Origin: a virus
Taxonomy: Duplodnaviria > Caudoviricetes
Virus record (IMG/VR): IMGVR_UViG_3300020043_005056
Location: 1-62,418 of that record
DNA length: 62,418 nucleotides
Strand: one strand, 5' to 3'
Under the pieces are notes generated by a model. It did no database searches. It saw nothing but the letters and a program-made list of their open reading frames with translations, and had not been told where the DNA came from. The position numbers and the translations under genes were made by a program. The stretch's first letter is position 1, and each line of letters opens with the position of its first letter. Shown piece by piece: positions 45,196 to 55,278 of this stretch.

Positions 45196-45407
45196 GAACT
45201 TTAAATACTATCCTTTGAGGATGGATTTCTACCGCTTTGCGGGAGATTTTCTTTCTCTTTAAGAGGGTAGTTATAAAGTTCCTAATTAGGAATGAGCCGC
45301 TTATAAAAGCTATTTGAGTAAACGGAGCTAAGAATTGTCGAAGGGCAAGGAAGGAGAAACTTCTCTTTTTGTTTAGTCTCTTTAATTAGTCGTAATCTGA
45401 GGCTCAT
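45196..45407 (+). ncRNA. putative two-domain structured RNA after the capsid gene
   Basis: Long hairpin 45196-45281 and branched domain closed by ATGAGCC/GGCTCAT (45292-45407); many G-U pairs on + strand. Confidence 0.55.
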
Positions 45408-45457
45408 ACCTTTTTAAAAAGTAGAAAAAATTAAATTAAATTAAATCAATATTAAAA

Positions 45458-46201
45458 ATGGCAACAACAGTTTCAGTAAACAAAGTTTACAAATTGACAA
45501 TAGGTAATCCACTTTCCTATAGTTTAGCATCAAGAAATCATCCAAGATTCCCACTAATGTGGTTTGATGAAAAAAAGAATCAAAACAGAGCTTTAAGATA
45601 TGCAGTTAATCAGAAGTCTCCTTTCGAGGATGAGCAAGATGGTAACGCAATTCTTGAACCTGTTATTTTTGAAGATGGATTTTTATCTGTTTCAAGAACA
45701 AATCCTGTATTGCAAGAGTTCTTGCACTATCATCCTTTAAACGGAAGAATATTCGTTGAAGTAGATGATGAAAAAGATGCTGCTTCTGAAGTAGAAGATT
45801 TAGATTTAGAGATTGATGCTTTAGTTGAAGCAAGAAAACTTTCTCTTGAGCAAATTGAAACTCTAACAAGAGTTATGTTTGGCAAAGACCCTTCAACAAT
45901 CTCAACAGCAGAATTAAAACGAGATATTTTAGTGTTTGCTAAAAATGACCCAAGAGGATTCTTGGCTACATTGAATGACCCTGAACTACAGTTTCAAGCT
46001 AAGGTTCGTTTATTCTTTGAAGAGAAGTTATTAGCATTACGCAATGGAGATAAAGAGGTTTGGTTCAACACACCAACGAACAAGAAAAAAATGTTGTCAG
46101 TACCATACGGAGAAGACCCTTATGATATGGTAGCTTACTTCTTGTCAAGTGATGATGGGATTGATGCTCTTAAAATGTTAGAGGCTAATTTGCCACAATA
46201 A
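45458..46201 (+). CDS. conserved protein of the capsid operon
   Basis: 247-aa ATG ORF followed by a terminator. Confidence 0.75.
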   Translation: MATTVSVNKVYKLTIGNPLSYSLASRNHPRFPLMWFDEKKNQNRALRYAVNQKSPFEDEQDGNAILEPVIFEDGFLSVSRTNPVLQEFLHYHPLNGRIFVEVDDEKDAASEVEDLDLEIDALVEARKLSLEQIETLTRVMFGKDPSTISTAELKRDILVFAKNDPRGFLATLNDPELQFQAKVRLFFEEKLLALRNGDKEVWFNTPTNKKKMLSVPYGEDPYDMVAYFLSSDDGIDALKMLEANLPQ

Positions 46202-46235
46202 CACAACCGGATTGAGGTGTCCTTGGTCGAAAATT

Positions 46236-46263
46236 AGCACAGATTTATTTCTGTGCTTTTTTT
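46236..46263 (+). terminator. intrinsic terminator
   Basis: AGCACAGA/TCTGTGCT stem plus T-run. Confidence 0.85.
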
Positions 46264-46266
46264 ATG

Positions 46267-46274
46267 TATATTTG
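46267..46274 (+). promoter_or_regulatory. Bacteroidota -7 promoter of the tail operon
   Basis: TATATTTG immediately after the terminator. Confidence 0.65.
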
Positions 46275-46290
46275 TAAAAAGATTTAAAAA

Positions 46291-47226
46291 ATGATAAACG
46301 AAGTTAGAAATACAGTACTATCCGTATTAAATAAAAATAATTATGGGTATATTTCTCCATCAGACTTCAATTTATTTGCTGAAAATGCACAGATGGAGAT
46401 ATTTGAAGATTACTTCAAAAATTATAACAAGGCTATAAATGCTGAAAATGCACGTACTGCCGGAAGTGATTATGCTGAAGTTGAAGGTCCTATAGCTGAA
46501 ACTATCGAAGGTTTTTTAGTTACAAATTATTTATCACATTTAGGCTCAAATAAATACTCAGCACCATCTCTTACTACAACAGGAGATGATGATTATTATA
46601 TTCTTAAAATGCTTTGTCATACAAAAAAATTGACATCAGGAACTACTACAGGAGTATCTTCAAACTTACTTGTAAATTCTGCTGCAACTTTTTTATCCGA
46701 TGGTTTGTCTGTAGGAGATGTTGTTGTTAATGGTAACTCAAGTGCTGTTGCTACAATCACAAATGTATTTTCAAATACTACATTGGTATTAAGTGGAAAT
46801 CTTTTTACAGCAGTAGGTCAGGTCTATAATATTTACTCAAAAGCAGTAAAAGAAGCGGATAAGGTTAGTGTTGGAAAAATAACAATGCTTAACGCATCGA
46901 GCCTAACAAGTCCAACTGAATTTTATCCATCATATACTCTTGAGGGAGAAGTAATTAATTTATTCCCTGATACAATAGATGCTAAAGGAAAAGTTGAATG
47001 TGTTTATTTTAGATACCCTAAAGTTCCAAAATGGACTTATATTACTTTGGTAAGTGGCGAACCGGCTTTTGACCAAACACAACCCGATTACCAAGACTTT
47101 GAACTTCCTTTTTCAGATAATTATATATTAATAATGAAGATACTTCAATATTGTGGTATTTCAATTCGTGAAACTGAAGTTGCTCAATTTGGTATGGTTC
47201 AAGAACAACAAATAAATCAACAATAA
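46291..47226 (+). CDS. tail ring / adaptor-type structural protein
   Basis: NKNNYGYISPSDFNLFA..AQ, YFRYP; position in the tail operon. Confidence 0.6.
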   Translation: MINEVRNTVLSVLNKNNYGYISPSDFNLFAENAQMEIFEDYFKNYNKAINAENARTAGSDYAEVEGPIAETIEGFLVTNYLSHLGSNKYSAPSLTTTGDDDYYILKMLCHTKKLTSGTTTGVSSNLLVNSAATFLSDGLSVGDVVVNGNSSAVATITNVFSNTTLVLSGNLFTAVGQVYNIYSKAVKEADKVSVGKITMLNASSLTSPTEFYPSYTLEGEVINLFPDTIDAKGKVECVYFRYPKVPKWTYITLVSGEPAFDQTQPDYQDFELPFSDNYILIMKILQYCGISIRETEVAQFGMVQEQQINQQ

Positions 47227-47238
47227 AAATAACAAGAA

Positions 47239-48162
47239 ATGGCATATATATCGCAATATGAATATTACGACAATAATGGCAATACACCTCAAGATGCAAA
47301 TTGGGGTTCTTACCAATATGTTAGTTTAGATGATGTAGTCAATAATTTTTTATTGATGTATTCAGGAAACCATTCATTAGTAAATAATGAAGAAAGGTAT
47401 AAAATAATCTTTCACGCAAAAAGAGCCATACAAGAGCTTAATTATGATGCGTTCAAGGAAATCAAGGTATTGGAGTTAAGCGTGGCAGATTCGCTAAGAT
47501 ATGTGTTTCCATCGGACTATGTGAATTGGGTTCGTATTTCTTTATACAAAGATGGTTGGTTAAGACCATTGACTGAAAACATTCAGACTTTGTCTTCAAA
47601 TGCTTACTTGCAAGACCAACAAGGTAATATTTTATTTGACCAACTTGGTAATGTACTTAGACCACAATATTCAGATATTGATTACGATAGATTAATGAAA
47701 CTGAAAAAAAGTATTTACTTGAATCAAGGTAATCAATTTCACGGACAAGAAGGGTGGTTTATGGATGGAATGTGGTATTTTGATTATGGAATTAGTACTC
47801 CATTTGGATTAAATACTGAGACTGCAAATTTTAATCCTACTTTTAATATTGATAAAAAAGCAGGGGTTATAAATTTTGACTCAAGTATGGCAGGAGAACT
47901 TTGCATTCTTGAATATGTATCTGATGGTATGGAAGGAGGGGATAACTCTTTAATCACAGTAAATAAATTATTTGAGCAATACATTTATGCTGCTATAAAG
48001 TATGAAATATTAAACTCTAAGTTTAATGTTCAAGAATATGTAGTAGCACGAGCAAGAAAAGATAGAACTGCTTTGTTAAGAAATGCAAAAATTAGAATAA
48101 GTAACATTCATCCGGGAAGACTCTTAATGAATTTAAGAGGAATGGATAAGATAATCAAATAA
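47239..48162 (+). CDS. tail ring / tubular-type structural protein
   Basis: AKRAIQEL, FPSDYVNWVRI, LEYVSDG. Confidence 0.6.
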   Translation: MAYISQYEYYDNNGNTPQDANWGSYQYVSLDDVVNNFLLMYSGNHSLVNNEERYKIIFHAKRAIQELNYDAFKEIKVLELSVADSLRYVFPSDYVNWVRISLYKDGWLRPLTENIQTLSSNAYLQDQQGNILFDQLGNVLRPQYSDIDYDRLMKLKKSIYLNQGNQFHGQEGWFMDGMWYFDYGISTPFGLNTETANFNPTFNIDKKAGVINFDSSMAGELCILEYVSDGMEGGDNSLITVNKLFEQYIYAAIKYEILNSKFNVQEYVVARARKDRTALLRNAKIRISNIHPGRLLMNLRGMDKIIK

Positions 48163-48163
48163 T

Positions 48164-51100
48164 ATGGCAAATTTCACAAGAAATTTTTTAGCAGGAAGGA
48201 TGAACAAGGTCGTTGACCAAAGAGTTCTTCCTGAGAGTGAGTATGTTGATGCTATGAATGTTAGAATGGGGTCAACAGAAATGTCGGAAGTTGGAGTTAT
48301 TACCAATACAATGGGTAACTTAAACTTAACGACATTGACCTATATTGATGGAACTCAATTAAGTACTCAGGCACGATGTATTGGTGCTGTTGAAGATAGT
48401 GCAAAAGAAACTATATTTTGGTTCGTTCACGACCCTGCATTTACAACTACAGCATCAGGACCAAACTTGACTCAAAAACTTGATTTAGTTGTATCTTATA
48501 ATGTATTGACAAATATACTAACATATCATATCGTTAGTATAAATGATGGTAGCAATGTAAGTACGGTTCTTAATTTTAATAAAACATATCTTATCACAGG
48601 TATTAACTTGATTGATAATCTTTTATTTTGGACAGATGACTACAATGCACCACGTTTTATAAATATAAATAGAAACTACCCTAATCCGGTTGCTAATCTT
48701 GATGTTCTAAATCCTGAGGCTATTCTTGTTATAAAGAAACCGCCAACAGAATCTCCATCTATACAGTCTATAACCACAAGTGGTCAACAAAATTTTTTAG
48801 AGACAAGATTTATTTGTTTTGCCTATAGATATAAATATATAGATGGAGAGTATTCTGCTACATCCCAATGGTCTGCACCTGCATTTGTTCCTAATCAATT
48901 TCAATTCAGTGTAAATAGTATGCTGAATGAAGGTATGACTAACTTTTGCAATACAGCAATTATAAATTTCAATTCAGGAGGACCTCTTGTTGTTGGTATC
49001 GACTTATTGTTTAAGCAATCAGAAAATAATATAATAAAAATTATTCAGCAATTTGACAAAGCTGAAGCAGGATATGCAGACAATCAAGTTTATCAATATT
49101 CATTTAATAACAGTAAAATATTTACCGTACTAAATCAAGCTGAAATTTTAAGGCTATATGATAATGTTCCACGATACGCTAAAGCTCAAACGATTATGGG
49201 TAATAGACTTATGTATGGAAATTACATAGAAGGATATGACTTGATTGATAAAAATGGACAACCAACTAAAATTGAATATTCTACTAATTTAATTACTGAG
49301 GTAATTGGAAATTCTGAACTACCCGATGGACTACAAAATGGAATTTATAATATAGACCCTGCATCTACAGGATTAACAATTAATGATTGCGTTGTAACCT
49401 TTGATTTAGGAACATCTCCATTAGTTGAAGGCTCAGCAATATCTTTAGATGTTACTATAGCTCATAAGCAATGGACAGGATATACGCCTTTTCCTGATGA
49501 GATAACAGATGGAATAGAACTTGTTTTTAGTTTCTTGTTAACTCAAAATTACAATTCCGTATATGAATTAGCAACAAGTCCTCAATTTCAAAATGCAGTT
49601 GGTACTGCTTTAAACATACTTCCTGTATCAACTTCTATAATAGGTCAAGATACATCTTGTAATGGTACTACATTTACAGATTCATTTAATTGTGCATTAC
49701 CTAATAATTTAGGTCTTTCACCTAATACTTTTATAAAAAAAGCAAGTGGAATAAATACTCTTACAAGCACATTACAACCAATAAAAATAATAACATCTCC
49801 TGCAAGTACTGTGATTGGATTTCAGTTTCTTGCTATGGAATATGTTGATGATATAGTTGTTACAACTAAGAGAGCGTATGAGTATTATCAAGTAACTTTT
49901 GCAAGAGCAATTTTTCAAGAAATTGCAAATCCTAGAAGTTTGCATAGTAATAGAGGCTATGAAGTCGGAATAGTATATATGGATGAGTTTAATAGAGCTA
50001 CACCTGCTTTAGTTAGTACCAATAATGCAGAGTTTGTTCCTTGTGGATATGCTCCAAATAAAAATAGTATTCAAGTTATAATACCTGCTACTCAAAGAGC
50101 ACCAAAATGGGCTACACGATACAAGTTTGTAATTAAACCTGATGCTGAAAGGTATGAAACAATTTATAGCAATTTATTTTTTATTAATCCTGAAACAAAT
50201 GAAGCTTGGATTTTACTTGAAGGAGAAAATATGAGAAAAGTTGAAGATGGGGATAGGTTGATTGTAAAAGCAGATACTCAAGGACCTACACTTAATTGTA
50301 CTTATACTACTGTTCTTGAAAAAACTGCTCAAGCAACAGGATTTCTTGAAATACCAACTGAAGCTGACCCAACCGTATTCATTAATATTCCGGCAGGTTT
50401 ATATATAAAGTTGAATCCTAATAGTTTTAATTTAGTACAAACTGAAAATGCTATAATAGCTCCGGGTCAAAAACAACAATGGGCAAGTGGAGGAAATCAC
50501 ACTATAATGTCTTACGATATGAATATTGAAGACCCTGCAAATCCGGGTATGTATATTGATTACAATATACCTGCCGGAAGTAAAATCAATTGGTATGTAG
50601 ATTGGAATAGAGCAGGTGTTGGAGGTCGTTGCGAGCCAAGAGGTTACACATTAGAAAAAGTATACACTTCTACGCAAGATTATGACAATATGTATGAGTG
50701 GTTTATTGGAGATAATATTGAACTTACAATTAATTCGGGTATTGATAAAGGAGATGGAGAAGTTAATCAGTTTGTTCCGGGATTAGGTTCTCAATTAACT
50801 GCTTACGATACAGAGATAAATTTTTGGCAGTTTTACAGAAACCCAACAACAAATCAACTTACTATTAGTTGGAGTAGTACAAATAGTTGTACAGGTAGTA
50901 ATTATAAGTATTCACGTAGAATTTATATAACAGCAAACATTGAAGTGTTTCGTTCAGAAAATACATTAATTTTTGAAACAGAACCTTCTGATGCTTTGCC
51001 TGATGTATTTTTTGAGAACGAACTATCATTTTCTATTGATATAGATGGAAACCACGCAGGTAATATTCAAGACCAAGATATTTCAACAGGAACATCAGCT

Positions 51101-53056
51101 ATAGTCGATACTGAGTTTTTTAATTGCTATTCTTTTGGAAATGGAGCTGAAAGTTATAAGATACGTGATTCTATTTTAGGAAGGTCTTTTAGTTTTGGAG
51201 AAAGAGTAACTACGGTTGCTGCTCAAGACTACAAAGCTGCCGATAGATTTTCTGATATTACTTATAGTGGTATTTTTAATGGAGAGTCAAACATAAATAA
51301 ACTAAATGAGTTCAACTCAGGTTTATCTAATTTTAAACATTGCGAGTCATCATTTGGAGAGATACAACTATTAGATGGAAGAAACACAGATGTTCTTACT
51401 TTACAAGAGGATAAAATATCTTACGTTTTAGCAGAGAAAAATTTATTATCTGATGCAAGTGCCGGAGGGATAATTACAGCTACTCCTGAAGTCTTAGGAA
51501 CGCAAATAGCCCGTACCGAAAAGTATGGTATTAGTTTCAATCCTGAAAGTTATGTTCAGTGGGGTTACGATAGATTTTTTGCAGATGCAAAACGTGGAGC
51601 TGTTATTCAACTAAAGGGAGATTCTGCTCAAAGCGAACAATTAGTTGTGATTTCAGAACAAAATATGAGAACTTGGTTTAGAGATAAATTCAACTCATCA
51701 TTTAGTTATCAAAAACTTGGAGGTTTTGACCCTTATATGAATGAGTATGTATTGGCTATGAACGACCAACAATTACCTTCAAATCCTCAATGCTTGAATT
51801 GCGGAATCAGTCAAACATTCACATTATCTGTAGCTCCTCCTGAGACATCAAAAACATTCACGTATTGTGTTGATTTGGGTCCATTAGTAGGAATAAGCGA
51901 GATAACTTGGGCTTTTGTAAATATAGAATCAGGTGCTACTTTAAATGTAAGTGTAAACTACAATGGAGATTTTTATACCTCAGGTTTTACAAATGTAGAT
52001 GGAAGTTTATTTTTTGATAAAAACAATATTCTTGTTGAGACAGCAGAAATCACTTTAACCTACACAGGAGATATGGTTGTAGATATACTTGCTGATTGTT
52101 GTCAGGCAGAACCAATGACCATAATTGAAGTTGTAGTAACAAATGATTCAGAATCAGGTAGTACTATTCATACTCAATATAGATATACAGATGGAGCTTT
52201 CATAGGACCTCTTCTTCAGAATTTAGTTTTATTCTCAAGCGGAACAGGAAGTCCTCTTATCTCAAGATATAATACAGTTTCAGGTTTTGTAGGTTCAGGC
52301 GGATTCCCTCCTGAAGGAAGTACTATGAGGTTAGCCACAAATCAAATTGTACCTGATAATTATGTTTTTGATATAGCTCAAGATAAGTTCAGATATTTAA
52401 GAAGTTATATATTGTATAATAATAATAATGTAGATATGAATGCTTTATTAATAGCATCTACAGTAGCTACGCCTAATGCAGGTTCAGCTCCATTATATTA
52501 TGCAGATTTTATAGTTCCTGCAAGTTCAAATGGACAATATCTTTATTTAATTTGGGATTTAAGAGATGCTATACCTGCTGAGTTATGTTTTGGAACAAGT
52601 CTTAACGATTCTTGTTGTGATTGTACTTTGGGTAATTATTACCTTAATGCATCGTTTACTACAGCTACTTCTATATTTACAGATATAAATATGACTATTT
52701 TTGCACCAAACGGATTTTACTCAACAGGAGGATTTGTTAGACAATTGGTAGGCGGAGTTTTACTTCCTCAACAACCTTGTAATTCTTGCGGAGTTGAAGT
52801 ATCTTTATGTTTTGGAACGAGTGCTGTTGACGTTTGCTGTAGTTGTGATTTAACGTGTACAACTCCTTATAATTACTACCAAGTAACAAATAATGAGGCG
52901 TTTGATACTACACTTTATTTCTACAATGAACAAGGAATACTTTCGAGTTTACCATTATTAGCTTCAGCAGTAGATGTAGTATATTGTTCTATTGGAGCAC
53001 CTTTTGCTGATACGAGTATAACTATTACTTACATTCAATGCGATTGTATAACATAA
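48164..53056 (+). CDS. tail nozzle / stabilisation-type protein with Cys-rich C-terminal extension
   Basis: GRMNK..D.R..P..EY.DAMN, LFWTD..N.PR.IN, FAYRYKY.DGEYS, GNRLMYGNY, GGFDPY. Confidence 0.7.
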   Translation: MANFTRNFLAGRMNKVVDQRVLPESEYVDAMNVRMGSTEMSEVGVITNTMGNLNLTTLTYIDGTQLSTQARCIGAVEDSAKETIFWFVHDPAFTTTASGPNLTQKLDLVVSYNVLTNILTYHIVSINDGSNVSTVLNFNKTYLITGINLIDNLLFWTDDYNAPRFININRNYPNPVANLDVLNPEAILVIKKPPTESPSIQSITTSGQQNFLETRFICFAYRYKYIDGEYSATSQWSAPAFVPNQFQFSVNSMLNEGMTNFCNTAIINFNSGGPLVVGIDLLFKQSENNIIKIIQQFDKAEAGYADNQVYQYSFNNSKIFTVLNQAEILRLYDNVPRYAKAQTIMGNRLMYGNYIEGYDLIDKNGQPTKIEYSTNLITEVIGNSELPDGLQNGIYNIDPASTGLTINDCVVTFDLGTSPLVEGSAISLDVTIAHKQWTGYTPFPDEITDGIELVFSFLLTQNYNSVYELATSPQFQNAVGTALNILPVSTSIIGQDTSCNGTTFTDSFNCALPNNLGLSPNTFIKKASGINTLTSTLQPIKIITSPASTVIGFQFLAMEYVDDIVVTTKRAYEYYQVTFARAIFQEIANPRSLHSNRGYEVGIVYMDEFNRATPALVSTNNAEFVPCGYAPNKNSIQVIIPATQRAPKWATRYKFVIKPDAERYETIYSNLFFINPETNEAWILLEGENMRKVEDGDRLIVKADTQGPTLNCTYTTVLEKTAQATGFLEIPTEADPTVFINIPAGLYIKLNPNSFNLVQTENAIIAPGQKQQWASGGNHTIMSYDMNIEDPANPGMYIDYNIPAGSKINWYVDWNRAGVGGRCEPRGYTLEKVYTSTQDYDNMYEWFIGDNIELTINSGIDKGDGEVNQFVPGLGSQLTAYDTEINFWQFYRNPTTNQLTISWSSTNSCTGSNYKYSRRIYITANIEVFRSENTLIFETEPSDALPDVFFENELSFSIDIDGNHAGNIQDQDISTGTSAIVDTEFFNCYSFGNGAESYKIRDSILGRSFSFGERVTTVAAQDYKAADRFSDITYSGIFNGESNINKLNEFNSGLSNFKHCESSFGEIQLLDGRNTDVLTLQEDKISYVLAEKNLLSDASAGGIITATPEVLGTQIARTEKYGISFNPESYVQWGYDRFFADAKRGAVIQLKGDSAQSEQLVVISEQNMRTWFRDKFNSSFSYQKLGGFDPYMNEYVLAMNDQQLPSNPQCLNCGISQTFTLSVAPPETSKTFTYCVDLGPLVGISEITWAFVNIESGATLNVSVNYNGDFYTSGFTNVDGSLFFDKNNILVETAEITLTYTGDMVVDILADCCQAEPMTIIEVVVTNDSESGSTIHTQYRYTDGAFIGPLLQNLVLFSSGTGSPLISRYNTVSGFVGSGGFPPEGSTMRLATNQIVPDNYVFDIAQDKFRYLRSYILYNNNNVDMNALLIASTVATPNAGSAPLYYADFIVPASSNGQYLYLIWDLRDAIPAELCFGTSLNDSCCDCTLGNYYLNASFTTATSIFTDINMTIFAPNGFYSTGGFVRQLVGGVLLPQQPCNSCGVEVSLCFGTSAVDVCCSCDLTCTTPYNYYQVTNNEAFDTTLYFYNEQGILSSLPLLASAVDVVYCSIGAPFADTSITITYIQCDCIT

Positions 53057-53070
53057 TTTAATTAAATAAT

Positions 53071-54030
53071 ATGGCAATAAATGCACCATTTTTTTTAGAT
53101 TCCGCTGATTTAGCTACAGCTACAGCGGTATATTTAAACCTTAGTTTAACTAACATAGCTCCTGATGGATTCTATGGAGATGGAACAATAACAAGAGAAC
53201 AATCTTCGGGAGTGCTTTTAACTTCTGAACCTTGTGTTTCTCCTTGTCCTGCGCCTTGTGGAACTTCAATAGGAGGCTCAGGAGGTCAGGGAGTTTATCA
53301 AGTAAATTTAGATGTAGGAAGTACGGAAACAGGAGCAATTATTATTATGTTTAATCCACAATCTGTACCCGATGGTATCAGAGTTACTTACGATGGAGTA
53401 GTATATAATAAATTATCTTCTCCTTCGTTTGGTGCTCTTCAGAGTCCTAATCCGGGGCATTTTACTATTATAGGAAGTTCAGGTGCTACAGGTGCTTGTA
53501 CATCTTGGTTTCCATCAGGTGAGATACAAACAAATACTGTGTTTCTATACAATCCTGCAACATCTACATTCAATAATACAGGAACGACACAAGTAGATAC
53601 AATATCTCCGGCTCCAAATGCTGATTTTTTTATATTATCAGGAACAATGGGTGATTGTATAATGGTAATACCAAAGCCTACAGCAACACCAAGTGCCTTG
53701 TTAATCGAAATAATAGGTCCTTGTGCAGGAACAGGTTGGTCATTTACAGCAGATTGTCCTATATCATTGCCAAGTTTTTTTGCATCACTTGTTCAGCCAA
53801 CAAGTTCTGTTCCTTGTTCTACATTGATAGATTTTGGAACACCTTTATACTTTGCAAAAGTTCATACAGCAGTAGATGCTTTTGTTGGGCTTTATGATTA
53901 TGTATTTTTAGATGAAAATGGACAATTTCCTTTATCTGATGGTTTTTATTTGACAAATAATGTAGCAGTGCCGAACAAAGTAATAGAGGTAGATAACGGA
54001 GTAATAGTAGCAATAACAAACTGTATATAA
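53071..54030 (+). CDS. Cys-containing structural protein
   Basis: Shares an APDGFY module with the C-terminus of 48164..53056. Confidence 0.65.
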   Translation: MAINAPFFLDSADLATATAVYLNLSLTNIAPDGFYGDGTITREQSSGVLLTSEPCVSPCPAPCGTSIGGSGGQGVYQVNLDVGSTETGAIIIMFNPQSVPDGIRVTYDGVVYNKLSSPSFGALQSPNPGHFTIIGSSGATGACTSWFPSGEIQTNTVFLYNPATSTFNNTGTTQVDTISPAPNADFFILSGTMGDCIMVIPKPTATPSALLIEIIGPCAGTGWSFTADCPISLPSFFASLVQPTSSVPCSTLIDFGTPLYFAKVHTAVDAFVGLYDYVFLDENGQFPLSDGFYLTNNVAVPNKVIEVDNGVIVAITNCI

Positions 54031-54032
54031 TT

Positions 54033-54845
54033 ATGAATTATACTTTATCATATAGCGAAGGAGTTGCCGGTTGGGTGTCTTTCTATTCTTATTATCCTGA
54101 TTGGATGATTGGAATGAACAATTATTTCTACACATTCAAAGGTGGGAATCTTTATAAGCACAATGTAAATGCTTCACGTAATACATTCTATCAACCTTGG
54201 TGGACTAAATTGGGTCAACCTGCAAGTGCGTTTACACCAACATCAATAACAAGTGTATTTAATAACGCTGCTCTTGAAAATAAATTATTTAAAACCATTA
54301 ACATAGAAGGAGATGCTCCTTGGGGTGCTACTTTACAAACTGATTTACAAATATCAGGATTTATAGACCAATCTTGGTTTGAGAAAAAAGAAGCGTCTTA
54401 CTTTGCTTATGTTAGAAATAATTCAATAGGAGAATTTGCTCTTAGAAGTTTGAATGGTATAGGTAGAAGTTTTCAAGTTACAGGAGGTACTGTAATTAAA
54501 TTCTCTATCAATCCATTAATATCTATAGGAAACATAATTAGTATTGGAGATTTAGTTTATTTCTTTGACCCTCCTTTGACCACGCCTTTACTTGCGGGGA
54601 AAGTAACAGCAATTACAGTTGATTATCCAAATAACTTAAATCAAATCACAATTACCACCGTAGTTCCGGGAGCTGTAACGGTTCCAATAACTACACAGAA
54701 TGCATATTTCTTATACGTTAAAAATTCTGTAGCTGAATCTCACGGAGTTTTAGGGCACTATTGTACATTTACACTTCAGAATAGTTTTAATAATAAAATT
54801 GAACTATTTGCAGTTGAAGCTAATGTAATGAAAAGTTTCCCTTAA
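54033..54845 (+). CDS. tail structural protein (resembles nozzle C-terminal part)
   Basis: TLSYSE..GWVSFYSY.P, KLFKTINIEG, FEKKE, GVLGHY. Confidence 0.65.
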   Translation: MNYTLSYSEGVAGWVSFYSYYPDWMIGMNNYFYTFKGGNLYKHNVNASRNTFYQPWWTKLGQPASAFTPTSITSVFNNAALENKLFKTINIEGDAPWGATLQTDLQISGFIDQSWFEKKEASYFAYVRNNSIGEFALRSLNGIGRSFQVTGGTVIKFSINPLISIGNIISIGDLVYFFDPPLTTPLLAGKVTAITVDYPNNLNQITITTVVPGAVTVPITTQNAYFLYVKNSVAESHGVLGHYCTFTLQNSFNNKIELFAVEANVMKSFP

Positions 54846-54851
54846 ATTTAA

Positions 54852-54859
54852 TATCTTTG
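54852..54859 (+). promoter_or_regulatory. Bacteroidota -7 promoter
   Basis: TATCTTTG 7 nt before ATG 54867, implying a near-leaderless mRNA. Confidence 0.55.
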
Positions 54860-54866
54860 TATCAAT

Positions 54867-55277
54867 ATGGAATTAGAACTTAGACATCTTTACGATACAG
54901 ATTACGATGAAATTCTTGTAGGATGGTGGAAACAATGGAATTGGGAGCCACCTGCAAAAGATTTTTTACCTGATGATGGCAAGGGTGGTATTATAATTTA
55001 CGATGGAGATATACCAATTTGTGCAGGTTTTATATATGTAACAAATTCAAAAGTAGCTTGGGTAGATTGGATTATATCAAACAAAGAGTATAGAATAAAA
55101 GATAAAAGGAGAGAAGCAATTAAGTTATTAATAGAGTCTCTTACAAATATTTGTAAAAATACAGGAAGCAAATACGGATATGCTTTAATTAAAAATAGAA
55201 GTTTAATCCAAACCTATGAAAACCTTGGTTGGTCTAAAGGGGAAGGATATACAAGTGAAATGATAAAAATATTATAA
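54867..55277 (+). CDS. GNAT-like protein preceding the ejection genes
   Basis: PICAGFIY.TNS..AWVDWIISN...Y..LGW; position analogous to T7 gp13. Confidence 0.5.
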   Translation: MELELRHLYDTDYDEILVGWWKQWNWEPPAKDFLPDDGKGGIIIYDGDIPICAGFIYVTNSKVAWVDWIISNKEYRIKDKRREAIKLLIESLTNICKNTGSKYGYALIKNRSLIQTYENLGWSKGEGYTSEMIKIL

Positions 55278-55278
55278 T

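Noticed and set aside
45185-45457. Group I/II intron or IS remnant after the capsid gene
   Set aside because: Both flanking genes are intact; no recognisable catalytic core, domain V, transposase or target duplication.
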